Below, in pieces: positions 30,801 through 39,700 of a stretch of 64,000 bases of DNA. Position 1 is the first letter of the stretch, and each line of letters opens with the position of its first letter. The DNA lies in IMG/VR virus record IMGVR_UViG_3300045974_000806, positions 46,272-110,271 of that record; one strand, 5' to 3'. The notes under the pieces were generated by a model, which saw only the letters and a program-made list of their open reading frames with translations, searched no databases and was not told where the DNA came from. This DNA is from a virus. The translations under genes were made by a program, and so were the position numbers.

Positions 30801-31589
30801 CTGCTGGCCCGGCTGCACAAGCTGGCCCAGGACCCCCAGCACACCCAACAGGTGCATGAGGCCGCCAAGCACAGCCTGGGCAACGCCAAGGAACTCCACA
30901 GCGCCATGGAGCCCAACCGGGATGAGGTGCGCGTGAAGTACATGCAGGGCGGCGGCCCAGGTGCCCAGACGGCCATGGAGGACGTGGCCCTGGGCCAGCG
31001 GTCCCTGGACAACCTGTCCGGCCACCTTGAGAAGCTGACCGCGGCCACCAAGCCCGCGGCCGGCGCGCGCAAGCCCAAGGCCCCCAAGGGCCAGGGGGAC
31101 CTGTTTGGTGGAGCCGCGCCGGCCCCGGCACCCAAGCCGGCCGCCAAGCCCAAGGACACCTCCCAGGGGGACCTGTTTGGCGGAGGCACGGAGAAGTCCG
31201 CGCGGTTCGTGGTGGGCGAGGAGTACCTGGGCAAGGCGGACCCGCGCGGTGGGAAGTACCACGCACGCGTGACGGACAAGGAGTCCGGCAAGCACCGCTA
31301 CTTCTACGACGAGGGCAAGTTCAAGCAGAGCGGCCACGCCCCGGTGATGGGCGCCACCGCCATGAGGGACAAGGCGCGCAAGGACATCATGGACGCGGTG
31401 GGAGGAAGCCGGGAGGGCGTGAAGCCTGGGGACCTGAAGCTGGACCCCCGCTATCCGGAAACCCTGGTGACGGACTTGATCAAGGAACTGACCGACGGCA
31501 ACCACCTGAACCTGTCCGGAGACACGTTGAAGCGCCCCGGTGAGCCGGTGACCATCCGTCCGGAAACCGTCCGCACCAGCATGGGCTGA
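27840..31589 (+). CDS. large modular head-associated protein (1249 aa) with a ParB-like domain
   Basis: three GPFIGPxGGKW tags; PPIHL..VMQGNHRLEAAKQRG ParB-like motif; QxDLF motifs. Confidence 0.75.
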   Translation: MVADRIAGTADRMGAMMPRAQSQRFVVTQYGAPPEPMTPGQVPGVTPIPGLFSLPAADPTPAALLDDRPVVTVEGVTRDLGLDPAQDNALRKYVQTIITADNEAVLRQQVVSYAMTAGFDPDTRRILLARVLKFYASKGKSQGKLAILKQAVRGLRNKPSGAEATMEKAGPFIGPKGGKWADAAHKVPWVDQAADLKPHGTMQPHEVLAELKAQDRAGKHGKEQDAAAYHVPEEEHVLVDVPVDHTLDHDVYDRDTGDSGGLDSRTGTHLGAHKKARVEDYAARTTKAPPIHLTYGARAQQKAHGQAGVMQGNHRLEAAKQRGDGTITAMMPRSHFEAWKAHREKRFVEGHAHWRDVELPAFRERDGLDKSQFDEDDTMQKSSGPFIGPNGGKWRDAKHTQHWTAEDERAHRGPNPHVQHVPWDSGTHDKPTNKPMPAGASHGTYATADKPGYATVVTDRAAADAWDKETRAAAEAADRSADIHRMVPRPVGVMHYPTKGETGSVPIASQHGLYTVHPETGVMPIVDRGWTQSRPGPRKRAWTVSHAPSGLRVKQTLTSREAAEALARHMAKHAPTAGASWVLGHTPAKEDPELQHIVTTRAAHLTQVKAEKDAKEAVSREASDRAYREAEAREKADEERLLVPTAAVDYAVTDAKAHAKDAPPAFRREHDNGVEFAAKIVADKQFRDPAFSDTRKQMATTDNMHGKGMVLAAHVAHLPEDEAHSWLTRMAQDKALGKPKGRGGHGGSAGEHFRNLKSNSPFWHGVYAFGHHLQVGVDPERRAGFNKDNKARLAAAHPGVVEQRLEAPAPERDPAHDYGFTPNTAEVVPAGDPGVNWGPDAATKDAWSREAQTALDNISEMHAAPPTFTIPEHPPEPVVVAMPTAADVAPTRAPRGKAAKAPAKQMDLFGKATAFHVDPLLALATVLSKAATPFLGPHGGKWANAAHTIPWSDKVHGEKASATPHAAFHPDIKALGEMTRTGRADPDLLARLHKLAQDPQHTQQVHEAAKHSLGNAKELHSAMEPNRDEVRVKYMQGGGPGAQTAMEDVALGQRSLDNLSGHLEKLTAATKPAAGARKPKAPKGQGDLFGGAAPAPAPKPAAKPKDTSQGDLFGGGTEKSARFVVGEEYLGKADPRGGKYHARVTDKESGKHRYFYDEGKFKQSGHAPVMGATAMRDKARKDIMDAVGGSREGVKPGDLKLDPRYPETLVTDLIKELTDGNHLNLSGDTLKRPGEPVTIRPETVRTSMG

Positions 31590-31645
31590 CGCGCACGCTG
31601 GAACGGAATGCGGTATGAAGGTGGGCAACCCCGTTGGAGACTTCC

Positions 31646-34096
31646 ATGACCGTGACCAAAGAAGAGAAGGCCGCCAAGCTGGCCAAGGCCATTGCAGCGG
31701 CCAAGGCGCATCAGGAAGAGCAGGCCAAGGCCCGCACGCTGGCCAAAGCCGCGCCGCCCCCGCATGCGCCCGCGGAAGGGCACACCATGCCGGAGGACCC
31801 GGGGAGCAAGAAGATTGAGCAGGACGAAACCAAGCTGGCCAACATCCAGGCCGGCGTGGATGAGAAGACCACCACGGAAGCGCGCAAGGAAGGCGACGAC
31901 GAACAGACGGAGAAGGGCTGCGGCCCGTCCGTGGTGAAGGCGCCCCTGTCCAAGGGCCTGGGGGACTGGCTGGCCAAGGCCGGCGAGGAAGGGGACGCCG
32001 GCCCATCATCCGGAGCGGATGACGCGGCGGAGGATGACAAGAAGGAGAAGGCCGCGGAGGACAAGGTGGCCCAGGAAACGGGCGACACCGACCCGGCCCA
32101 GGACGCCGCCAAGGAGAAGATGCAGGAACGCATGGACAAGGCCCGCCACGGCTTCACCGGCACCCCCAAGCTGACCACCGGAACCACGGAGCCGGCGGAG
32201 CCTGGGGAGCGCAAGGAGCCGTCCCTTCCGGAAGCACCGCCGCCCACCAAGGAAGCCCAGGTGCAGCGCGCCACGCCGCCCAGCAAGGTCAACAAGGTCA
32301 TGCCCAACGCCAAGCCCGTCCGCGGCAAGCCCGCGGTGGCCAGCAAGGCGCCACCGGAAGAGAACGGCCAGCAGGGCGCCATTGCCGCCCAGGACAAGCC
32401 GGCCCCCGTGCCCGCCCCGGTCAAGAAGTCCCTGGGCCTGGGCGAGTGGCTGTCCAAGGCGGTTCCGGACATGACCATCCTGCCCATCCCCATGGGGGAG
32501 GACACGGACGACGGCGGCGGGACGGCGGACGGTGACGTGGACGCGGTGACCCTCATGCAGCCGGCGTGGCAGGACAATGAGGCCCAGTGGGACATTGACC
32601 GGCTGGCCGTGGAAGCGGTGGACGAGGAGGAAGGCGTGCAGAAGGGCGTGTTCATTGGACCCAACGGTGGGAAGTGGGACGACGCGGCGCACAAGCGCCA
32701 CCACACAGAAGGGGGCGCACCTTCCGGAACCAGCACCCCCAACCACGTGCTGGGCAAGACCACCTCCGGCAAGGACATCCATCAGGACCACAAGCATCCG
32801 GACCACGCTGCGTTCACCGCCCATGACCATCTGGACGCGGTGAAGGTGCAAGAGTCCCAACGCTCCCAGGCCATCAACCTCGCGCGCAAAGCCCCGGCCG
32901 GCTCCGCCAAGGCCACCGCGCTGTATGGGGAAGCGAACCACGCCGCGGACGCAGCAACGCATCACGCTGACGCGGCGCGTGCGGCGCACCCTGGCACGTC
33001 CGCCGGCGCAAAGGCGCTGCATGACGCGGCCAACGTGGCCACCAAGACGGCGGACAAGAAGGGGACCGCGGACGCGCACTTCAAGGCCGCCCGCGCGCAT
33101 CAGGCAGCCGCGGACGCCCACGCGCCCCTGGACCACGCCGGCCGCAAGTGGCCCGGTGGGTATGAAACCGCGGGCAAGCACGCCGACCACGTGAAGCAGG
33201 CCGCGGAGCACCATGACAAGGGCACCACCATGCAGCGCGCCGCCTTGGCGGCCAACATCAAGAAGAGCGAGGGAGACATGGACGGACTTTCCGGATGGTT
33301 GAAGAAGGCAGGCATTCCTGGCGCCGCGGATGAGAGCGGCGGCGTGGCCCAGCATGATTGGAAAGAGGGCACGCCGGACATTGAGCCCGGGGAGCAGGCC
33401 AACGGGCATTGGATGGGTGGCGACGGAGAAAAGAGCCCGCCCCCGTCTGACGGCACGCACATCCGGAACCAGCGCCCAGGTGGCGGCAAGTCCGAAGGCA
33501 TCCCGGGGACGGAAGGCGCCCCCAGCGTGGACAGCGAGTCCCTGTCCGCGGATGACGGCCCGGTTGGCAAGATGCCCACGGGTGAGCCCGGCGTTGTGAC
33601 CGTGAAGGTCCCGGTTCCGGAAGCATCCATGGAGAAGGGCAACCTCCGGAACGTGGAGGATGAGGTGGCCGCGTCCCGCAATGCCGCGCTCCGGAAGGCG
33701 GCCATTGAGGGCAGCAAGTCCATCCGCGTGGGCCAGGACGGCGTGCGCTTCACGGCGCCGGCGGTTCCGGAAGCCCCCAAGCCGCTGCTCAAGGGCCTGG
33801 GCGCGGCCGTCTATTCGGACGGCGAGGACCAGCAGATTGCGGCCATGCTTGAGAAGGGCCAGGGCTACTACGGTGGCGGGTCCGCCCCCAGCATCCCCGC
33901 GGTGTCCATGCTCCGGAAGTCCGCCTGTGGGAACTGCGGCGCTCCGCAGCCGGCATGGCTCACGCGCTGCGGCAACTGCGGCGTTGACGCCGGTGGCGGG
34001 AACATGGTCAAGGCCGAAGCACCGCGGGGACGCCTCACGCTGCGGCAGGCCAATGTCCTGCGCCTGCCCAACGGCGCCACCATCCCCAAGGTCTGA
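31646..34096 (+). CDS. large low-complexity putative internal head protein (816 aa)
   Basis: RBS GGAG, ATG at 31646; one tag copy; many hydrophobic-x-K-[AGS] sites; C-terminal CGNC..CGNC. Confidence 0.7.
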   Translation: MTVTKEEKAAKLAKAIAAAKAHQEEQAKARTLAKAAPPPHAPAEGHTMPEDPGSKKIEQDETKLANIQAGVDEKTTTEARKEGDDEQTEKGCGPSVVKAPLSKGLGDWLAKAGEEGDAGPSSGADDAAEDDKKEKAAEDKVAQETGDTDPAQDAAKEKMQERMDKARHGFTGTPKLTTGTTEPAEPGERKEPSLPEAPPPTKEAQVQRATPPSKVNKVMPNAKPVRGKPAVASKAPPEENGQQGAIAAQDKPAPVPAPVKKSLGLGEWLSKAVPDMTILPIPMGEDTDDGGGTADGDVDAVTLMQPAWQDNEAQWDIDRLAVEAVDEEEGVQKGVFIGPNGGKWDDAAHKRHHTEGGAPSGTSTPNHVLGKTTSGKDIHQDHKHPDHAAFTAHDHLDAVKVQESQRSQAINLARKAPAGSAKATALYGEANHAADAATHHADAARAAHPGTSAGAKALHDAANVATKTADKKGTADAHFKAARAHQAAADAHAPLDHAGRKWPGGYETAGKHADHVKQAAEHHDKGTTMQRAALAANIKKSEGDMDGLSGWLKKAGIPGAADESGGVAQHDWKEGTPDIEPGEQANGHWMGGDGEKSPPPSDGTHIRNQRPGGGKSEGIPGTEGAPSVDSESLSADDGPVGKMPTGEPGVVTVKVPVPEASMEKGNLRNVEDEVAASRNAALRKAAIEGSKSIRVGQDGVRFTAPAVPEAPKPLLKGLGAAVYSDGEDQQIAAMLEKGQGYYGGGSAPSIPAVSMLRKSACGNCGAPQPAWLTRCGNCGVDAGGGNMVKAEAPRGRLTLRQANVLRLPNGATIPKV

Positions 34097-34114
34097 CCAC
34101 AAAGGGAGCGCCAC

Positions 34115-36109
34115 GTGGGTTTCTTCCGTGACCTCGCAATGGCCACCGCCCGGGTGACCCTGGAAACACTTCAGAAGGCACCACGGGCGGCCCAGGGCGA
34201 GGAAGAAGACGAGGAGGCCCCTCCCAAGGGCGCCGGCAAGAAACCGCCCCCAGGCCCGGCCCAGGAAGCCCAGGGCACGCCTGGGGACGGTCCTGACGGG
34301 CAGGATGACCCGGAACCCCCGGAGGGCAAGGACGCAGAGGACGTGGTGGGGGAGGTGATGCAGCCGGGCTTGCAGACGCCCACGCAGCAGACCCCTGTCA
34401 CGGCCATGGCCAAGCCCCGTTCCATTCCGGAACTGGAAGAGGCCCTGAGTGACCCCAAGTCCCTGTTCTGGGACCCGTTCGCCATTGTGGACGCCCTTGG
34501 GTACAAGGACCGCCCCTCGCCACTGAGTTACCAGACCCTGCAAAGCATGGTGTGGCGCATGCCGGTGGTGCAGGCCATCATCCAGACCCGCATCAAGCAG
34601 GTGGCCAACTTTGCCCGCGTGCAGCAGGACCGCTACACGGTGGGCTTCCGTGTGGCCCAGCGTGACGCCAAGGCCAGCGCCTCCAAGGGCACGGAGCAAC
34701 GCTCCCAGCAGTTGGAGCGGTGGCTGCTCACCACCGGCGTGACGGACAACCCCGCCGGCCGCGATTCGTTCAGCGCGTTCCTGCAAAAGATCGTGCGGGA
34801 CACGCTGACCTATGACCAGATGACCTGGGAGGTGGTGCCGGCGCGTTCCGGAAAGCCCGCGGAGTTCTACGCGGTGGACGCGTCCACCATCCGGATTGCG
34901 GACACCACCAAGCTGTTTGTGGACCCGGAGGACAAGGACGTGGTGCGCTACGTCCAAATCTATGACGGGCTGGTGGTGTCGGAATACAGCAGCCAAGAGA
35001 TGTGCTTCGCCGTGCGCAACCCGGCCACCAACATCCGCTTGCAGCAGTACGGACAAAGCGAATTGGAGATGCTGATCACTACCATCACGTCCCTGCTGTG
35101 GGCCTTCGATTACAACATGAAGGCGTTCAGCCAGGGCACGTCCGTCAAGGGGATCATCAACTTCAAGGGCGCGGTTCCGGAGAAGCAACTCCGCGCGTTC
35201 CGTCGTCAGTGGTACAGCATGACGGCCGGCGTGGAGAACGCGTTCAAAACGCCCATTGTGAACTCTGACGACCTGCAATGGGTCAACATGCAGATGTCCA
35301 ACAGGGACATGGAATACAACGCCTACGTGGACTTCCAGATCAAGCTGGCGTGCGCCGTCTACGGGATTGATCCCATGGAGATCAACTTCCGCTACGGCGA
35401 CAGCGGCGGCGCCAAGTCAATGTTTGAGTCCGGCAACGCCAACAAGCTGGCCGCGTCCAAGGACAAGGGCCTCAAGCCGCTGTTGGAGTTCCTTGAGCAC
35501 CACATCAATCAGTCCCTCATCTGGCCGCTGGACGAGGACTTCACGTTTGAGTTCGTGGGCCTGGAAGCGGACAGCAAGAGCGACGAAGCGGACCTCATCA
35601 CCAAGCAGATCAAGACGTTCAAGAAGGTGAACGAGATCCGCGCGGAAGAGGGCCTGCCGCCGGACCCCAACGGGGACATCATCCTTGACCCCACGTACCT
35701 TCAGCACCTGCAAATGCAGCAGGCCCAGCAGCAGCAGGACGAGATGGCCGCGCAAGGGCTCATGCCTGACGGCACGCCCATGGGCCAGGACCCGACCGCG
35801 GAAGGCGGCGACGGGGAAGACGGGCCTCCGGGCGACGACGGGGAGGACGGCCCGCCCAAGGGCGGCTCACCGTTCGGCAAGCCCCCCGCGGCCAAGGCCG
35901 GCATCACGGACGGCAAGGTGGGCGTGAGCGCCGCGCCCAAGCCTCCCAAGCCGACGGAGAAGAGCATGGAGGCCCGGCGCCTTGACCCATTGTCTGCGGC
36001 CGTGGTCCGGACGCTGACCCGGACTCCGGAAGGCCGGCGTGAACTGGCGGCGCTCCGGAAGTCCATGGGCGAGGAAGACCGAAAGCTGATCATTGAAGTG
36101 GAGGTGTGA
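34115..36109 (+). CDS. portal protein
   Basis: AIIQTRIKQVANF, FLQKIVRDTLTYDQ, FYAVDASTIR, YGQSELE, SKDKGLKPLL resemble SPO1/Twort-like portals. Confidence 0.9.
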   Translation: MGFFRDLAMATARVTLETLQKAPRAAQGEEEDEEAPPKGAGKKPPPGPAQEAQGTPGDGPDGQDDPEPPEGKDAEDVVGEVMQPGLQTPTQQTPVTAMAKPRSIPELEEALSDPKSLFWDPFAIVDALGYKDRPSPLSYQTLQSMVWRMPVVQAIIQTRIKQVANFARVQQDRYTVGFRVAQRDAKASASKGTEQRSQQLERWLLTTGVTDNPAGRDSFSAFLQKIVRDTLTYDQMTWEVVPARSGKPAEFYAVDASTIRIADTTKLFVDPEDKDVVRYVQIYDGLVVSEYSSQEMCFAVRNPATNIRLQQYGQSELEMLITTITSLLWAFDYNMKAFSQGTSVKGIINFKGAVPEKQLRAFRRQWYSMTAGVENAFKTPIVNSDDLQWVNMQMSNRDMEYNAYVDFQIKLACAVYGIDPMEINFRYGDSGGAKSMFESGNANKLAASKDKGLKPLLEFLEHHINQSLIWPLDEDFTFEFVGLEADSKSDEADLITKQIKTFKKVNEIRAEEGLPPDPNGDIILDPTYLQHLQMQQAQQQQDEMAAQGLMPDGTPMGQDPTAEGGDGEDGPPGDDGEDGPPKGGSPFGKPPAAKAGITDGKVGVSAAPKPPKPTEKSMEARRLDPLSAAVVRTLTRTPEGRRELAALRKSMGEEDRKLIIEVEV

Positions 36110-36111
36110 CC

Positions 36112-36507
36112 ATGCGCATGAAGCACAAGGTGAACGTCGTGGTCACGGAGGACGTGAACGGCAAGAACAAGCTGTTCGCTCCGGATGACGCGCTGGCGGA
36201 GGTGACGCTGGACGGCTTCACGGAGGTGTCCATGGGCACGGTGGGCCTGGACGCCAATGCGGCGTTCAACGTGCCCCTGGGCGGCATCAGCAACGTCCGC
36301 GGGCTCTACCTCAAGTCTTCTGGGGACTTTGCCCTGGTGCTCAACGGCGGTGCCCCGGTGAACATCACGCGCGGCGTGGCCACCGCCAACGGCAGCAAGG
36401 CTGCCAGCGCCAAGGTGTTCCTTGAGGCCGCGCTCACCAGCATCAGCCTCACCAACGGTGCCCTGGCCAGCAGTCTAAGCTACCTTGTCTGGGGCGACCC
36501 CCTGTAA
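36112..36507 (+). CDS. putative virion structural protein
   Basis: beta-rich small protein directly after portal. Confidence 0.5.
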   Translation: MRMKHKVNVVVTEDVNGKNKLFAPDDALAEVTLDGFTEVSMGTVGLDANAAFNVPLGGISNVRGLYLKSSGDFALVLNGGAPVNITRGVATANGSKAASAKVFLEAALTSISLTNGALASSLSYLVWGDPL

Positions 36508-36524
36508 CCCATGAGGTGACATCC

Positions 36525-36755
36525 ATGAACGCCACCGCCACGCGCGCGCCGGACGGCTCCGCCCCCAAGTCCGGGGAATGGTGCCTCACGCCGGACAAGC
36601 AGCGCATTCAAGTTGTGTGTCCCATGTGCGTCCCGCCCTGCGTGGCTCACGTGGGCCTGGACCACGTGAGCCACATCAACATGGTGCTCAACGTGTGCGC
36701 CGGCTGTCAGCAGATCACCACCATCACCCTGGAAGGGTATCCGGTTCCGGAATGA
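36525..36755 (+). CDS. small Zn-ribbon protein
   Basis: CPMC...CAGC; RBS GAGG. Confidence 0.55.
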   Translation: MNATATRAPDGSAPKSGEWCLTPDKQRIQVVCPMCVPPCVAHVGLDHVSHINMVLNVCAGCQQITTITLEGYPVPE

Positions 36756-39700
36756 AGCTGCGCCTGGAAGCAGACCCCGCTGAACTCCAAACCCGTGGGG
36801 ACGTGCTGCTCACCAGCCTGTCCCACGCGGTGGAGCCGCACGCCCCGGCCCTGGCGGAGTCCTTGCGCAAGGCCATTCCGGAACGCCCGCCGGTGGTGTC
36901 AAAGCACCGCGCGCTGCGGGAACTCACCCGGGACGTCCAAGGGCTCTACGCGGACACGGTGGAGCGCATGCTGGCGGAGGTGGGGCAGGCCCTGGACCGC
37001 CGCGTGGAAGAGATGACCACCGGCAGCGGGGACGGCTCCCTCATGAAGGGCGGCCCGTTCATTGGTCCCCAGGGTGGCTTGTGGGCAGACCCCAAGCACA
37101 CGGTCCACTGGGACCCGGACGTGCATGGAAGCACGCACCACCCAGTGGCCTGGGCCGTGCCCATCCACGCCAAAATCTCCGGAGAAGAGAACCACGTTGC
37201 CATGTACCACGTGACCCACAAGGGCAACGGCAACGTCATGGTGAGCCGGCACAAGGACGGCCAGTACGGCCAGACCATGCCCGTGGAAAGCCTCAAGCAC
37301 TTCCGGAACGACCTGTCCGCGGTGGTGGACCTTCCGCCTTCCGGAAACCCGGACATTGACGCCGTGACGTCGGGCAAGGCCAAGTTCCTGGGCAAGGGCG
37401 ACGATGGAATGGCCTTCCACGTTGGGGACAAGGTGGTGAAGGTTTCCTCCACGGTCCCCTACCATCCGGACAACCCTGGCCACCGTTCCCCGGAAGGCGC
37501 CGCGGACATGCTCCGCGCCCAGGTGGACGTGGGCAACCATCTGGCGGACCTGGGCGTGCCGTGCATCCAGCGCAGTGAGTTCATCAAGCACGGGGACAAG
37601 GGCTTCCAGATCAAGCCGTGGGTGCGCATTCCGGAGAAGTTCACCCGGGCGCAGTTGGACAAGATCCAGGGTGCCGTCATTGCCATGCACGAGGCCGGCT
37701 ACGCCATGCATGACCAGATTCAGCCGGGCCTGGATGACAAGGGGGAGCCGGTCCTGTTTGACATCGGCAAAGCCGCGCCGCTCGACAAGGAGGGGACGCA
37801 GGGCCGCAAGTGGGCCATCGAAGATGACGTGAGCCACCTTCAGCGTCTCTACGAAAAGAGCGGCGTGGACTTCATCAACCGGAATACGCCGCAGGCCAAA
37901 CAAGACTTTGACAAGGTGGTGGCCATGTCCGTCCCGAAGAAGGACGGAAAGCGCGGTGGGGCCGGCCTCTACGCAGACCTGCTGACGATGCAAGGCAAAA
38001 AGCTGTTGCGCGCCACCGAGGGGACCGACGAGCACATTGGCCACGTGGTGAACTTTGTGGAAGCCCTGCGGGACGTGCGCGACAACCATGGTCCCATCCA
38101 CCCCAAGCTGCTGGACGAGGCCCGCAAGATCATTCCGGAAGACTGGCATGACATGCTGGACGGCCTGGACAAAGAGAAGGCGGCCAAGGCCGGCTACGCG
38201 GACGCGGATGACCTGCACAAGTCCGGGCCGTTCATCGGCCCCAACGGTGGGCTCTGGGCGGACGCAAAGCACACCATCCACTGGGACCCCGCGAAGCACG
38301 GCCCAGGCACGCCCGTCCGCTACGGCATGAGCCTCCGGCCGCCGGGCCTGGGCGCGCTGCCCTCCGGCGTGAAGTGGGACCTTGTGGCCCGCGGGAAGCA
38401 CCCCGCCAGTTCATTCCCTGGCCGGCCTGACCTGCCGGTGTCTGAGCACCACCTGCACGGGGAAGTGGAACTCCCAGGCCACCTTGACCCGGAGCGCGCC
38501 GCGGCCATGGACATGGTGCGCATCAGCCCCGCGCCCGTGGAGGCCCCGCCGGCGCGCGCGGCCAAGCCGGAGCAGTTGGGCCTGTTCAGCATGCCCGCCA
38601 AGCCCCCGGAGCCGGAGGACAAGCCGTCCAGCCGGCGCCTGCTGGCCATTGTGGACAATGACCCGGCCCTCACCCAGGAACAGAAGCTGGCGCCCACCGC
38701 GGAGGTGATGAAGGCCATCCTGGCCAAGCCGGCCAGCGACCCGGGCCAGTGGAAGCTGCCCGCCGGCGCGCGCTTTGACCCGTGGGAGCCCAAGGCCGTT
38801 CCGGAAGACGCGGAGTGGGAGCACCCGGACTTTGGTTCCGGAACCGGCGCCGCACCGTGGCAGCAAGGCGACGACTGGAAGCCGGACTTCCACAAGTATG
38901 ACGTCCTGCTGGTGAACAGCAGCGCCGGCAAGGACTCCCAGGCCATGCTGTCCCACGTGGTGGCCCAGGCAGACGCCGCGGGCTTCCCGCGTGAGAAGAT
39001 CGTGGTGGTGCATTGCGACCTGGGCCGCGTGGAGTGGGAAGGCACCAAGGAACTGGCCATTCAGCAGGCCCAGCACTACGGCCTGCGCGTGGAGGTGGTG
39101 CAGCGCACCCAGAACGACCTGCTTGAGCAGATTGAGGAGCGCCACGGGGACCTGACCCAGCGGCAAGAGGACGTGGGCAAGCTGGTCGCGGCCGGCATCC
39201 GGACCTGGGCGGACCTTGCGGCCATGGACCCGGCCACGGTGCAGAAGCACCTGGGCGAGGGGAAGGGCGCCTCCAAGTGGGAGGCCCAGCACCGGGCGGA
39301 AGAACTGGTGGACAAGGCCCAGAAGAAGCTGGAAGCGGCCCAGGAATGGGAGCCGCTGCACAACGCCCACCAAGCGGCCCTGGCCCAGCACGCGGAGGAC
39401 ATGACGGCCTATGAGGCCCGCGTGGCCGCCAACCCCAAGGACAAGAAGAACAAGCCCAAGGCCCCCAAGAAGCCCAAGGGCAAGCCGGTGTTCGCCGCGG
39501 ACCCGGTGGACTTTGGGAAGGCCATTGCGTGGCCCAGCAGTGATGCCCGGTTCTGCACGTCCGACCACAAGCGCGCGGAGGTGAAGAAACTCATGACGCG
39601 CCTTGCCGACGAGCACCGGGAGAAGAACGGCCCCAAGTCCAAGCCGCGCATCCTGAACGCCCTGGGCCTGCGCGCCCAGGAAAGCGACTCCCGGGAGGCC

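Noticed and set aside
36578-36751. Extended N-terminus of the 1978-aa ORF in the track
   Set aside because: Overlaps the 36525-36755 gene; ATG at 36752 coupled to its stop is more plausible. Similar trimming was applied to terL, ruvC, the kinase and others.
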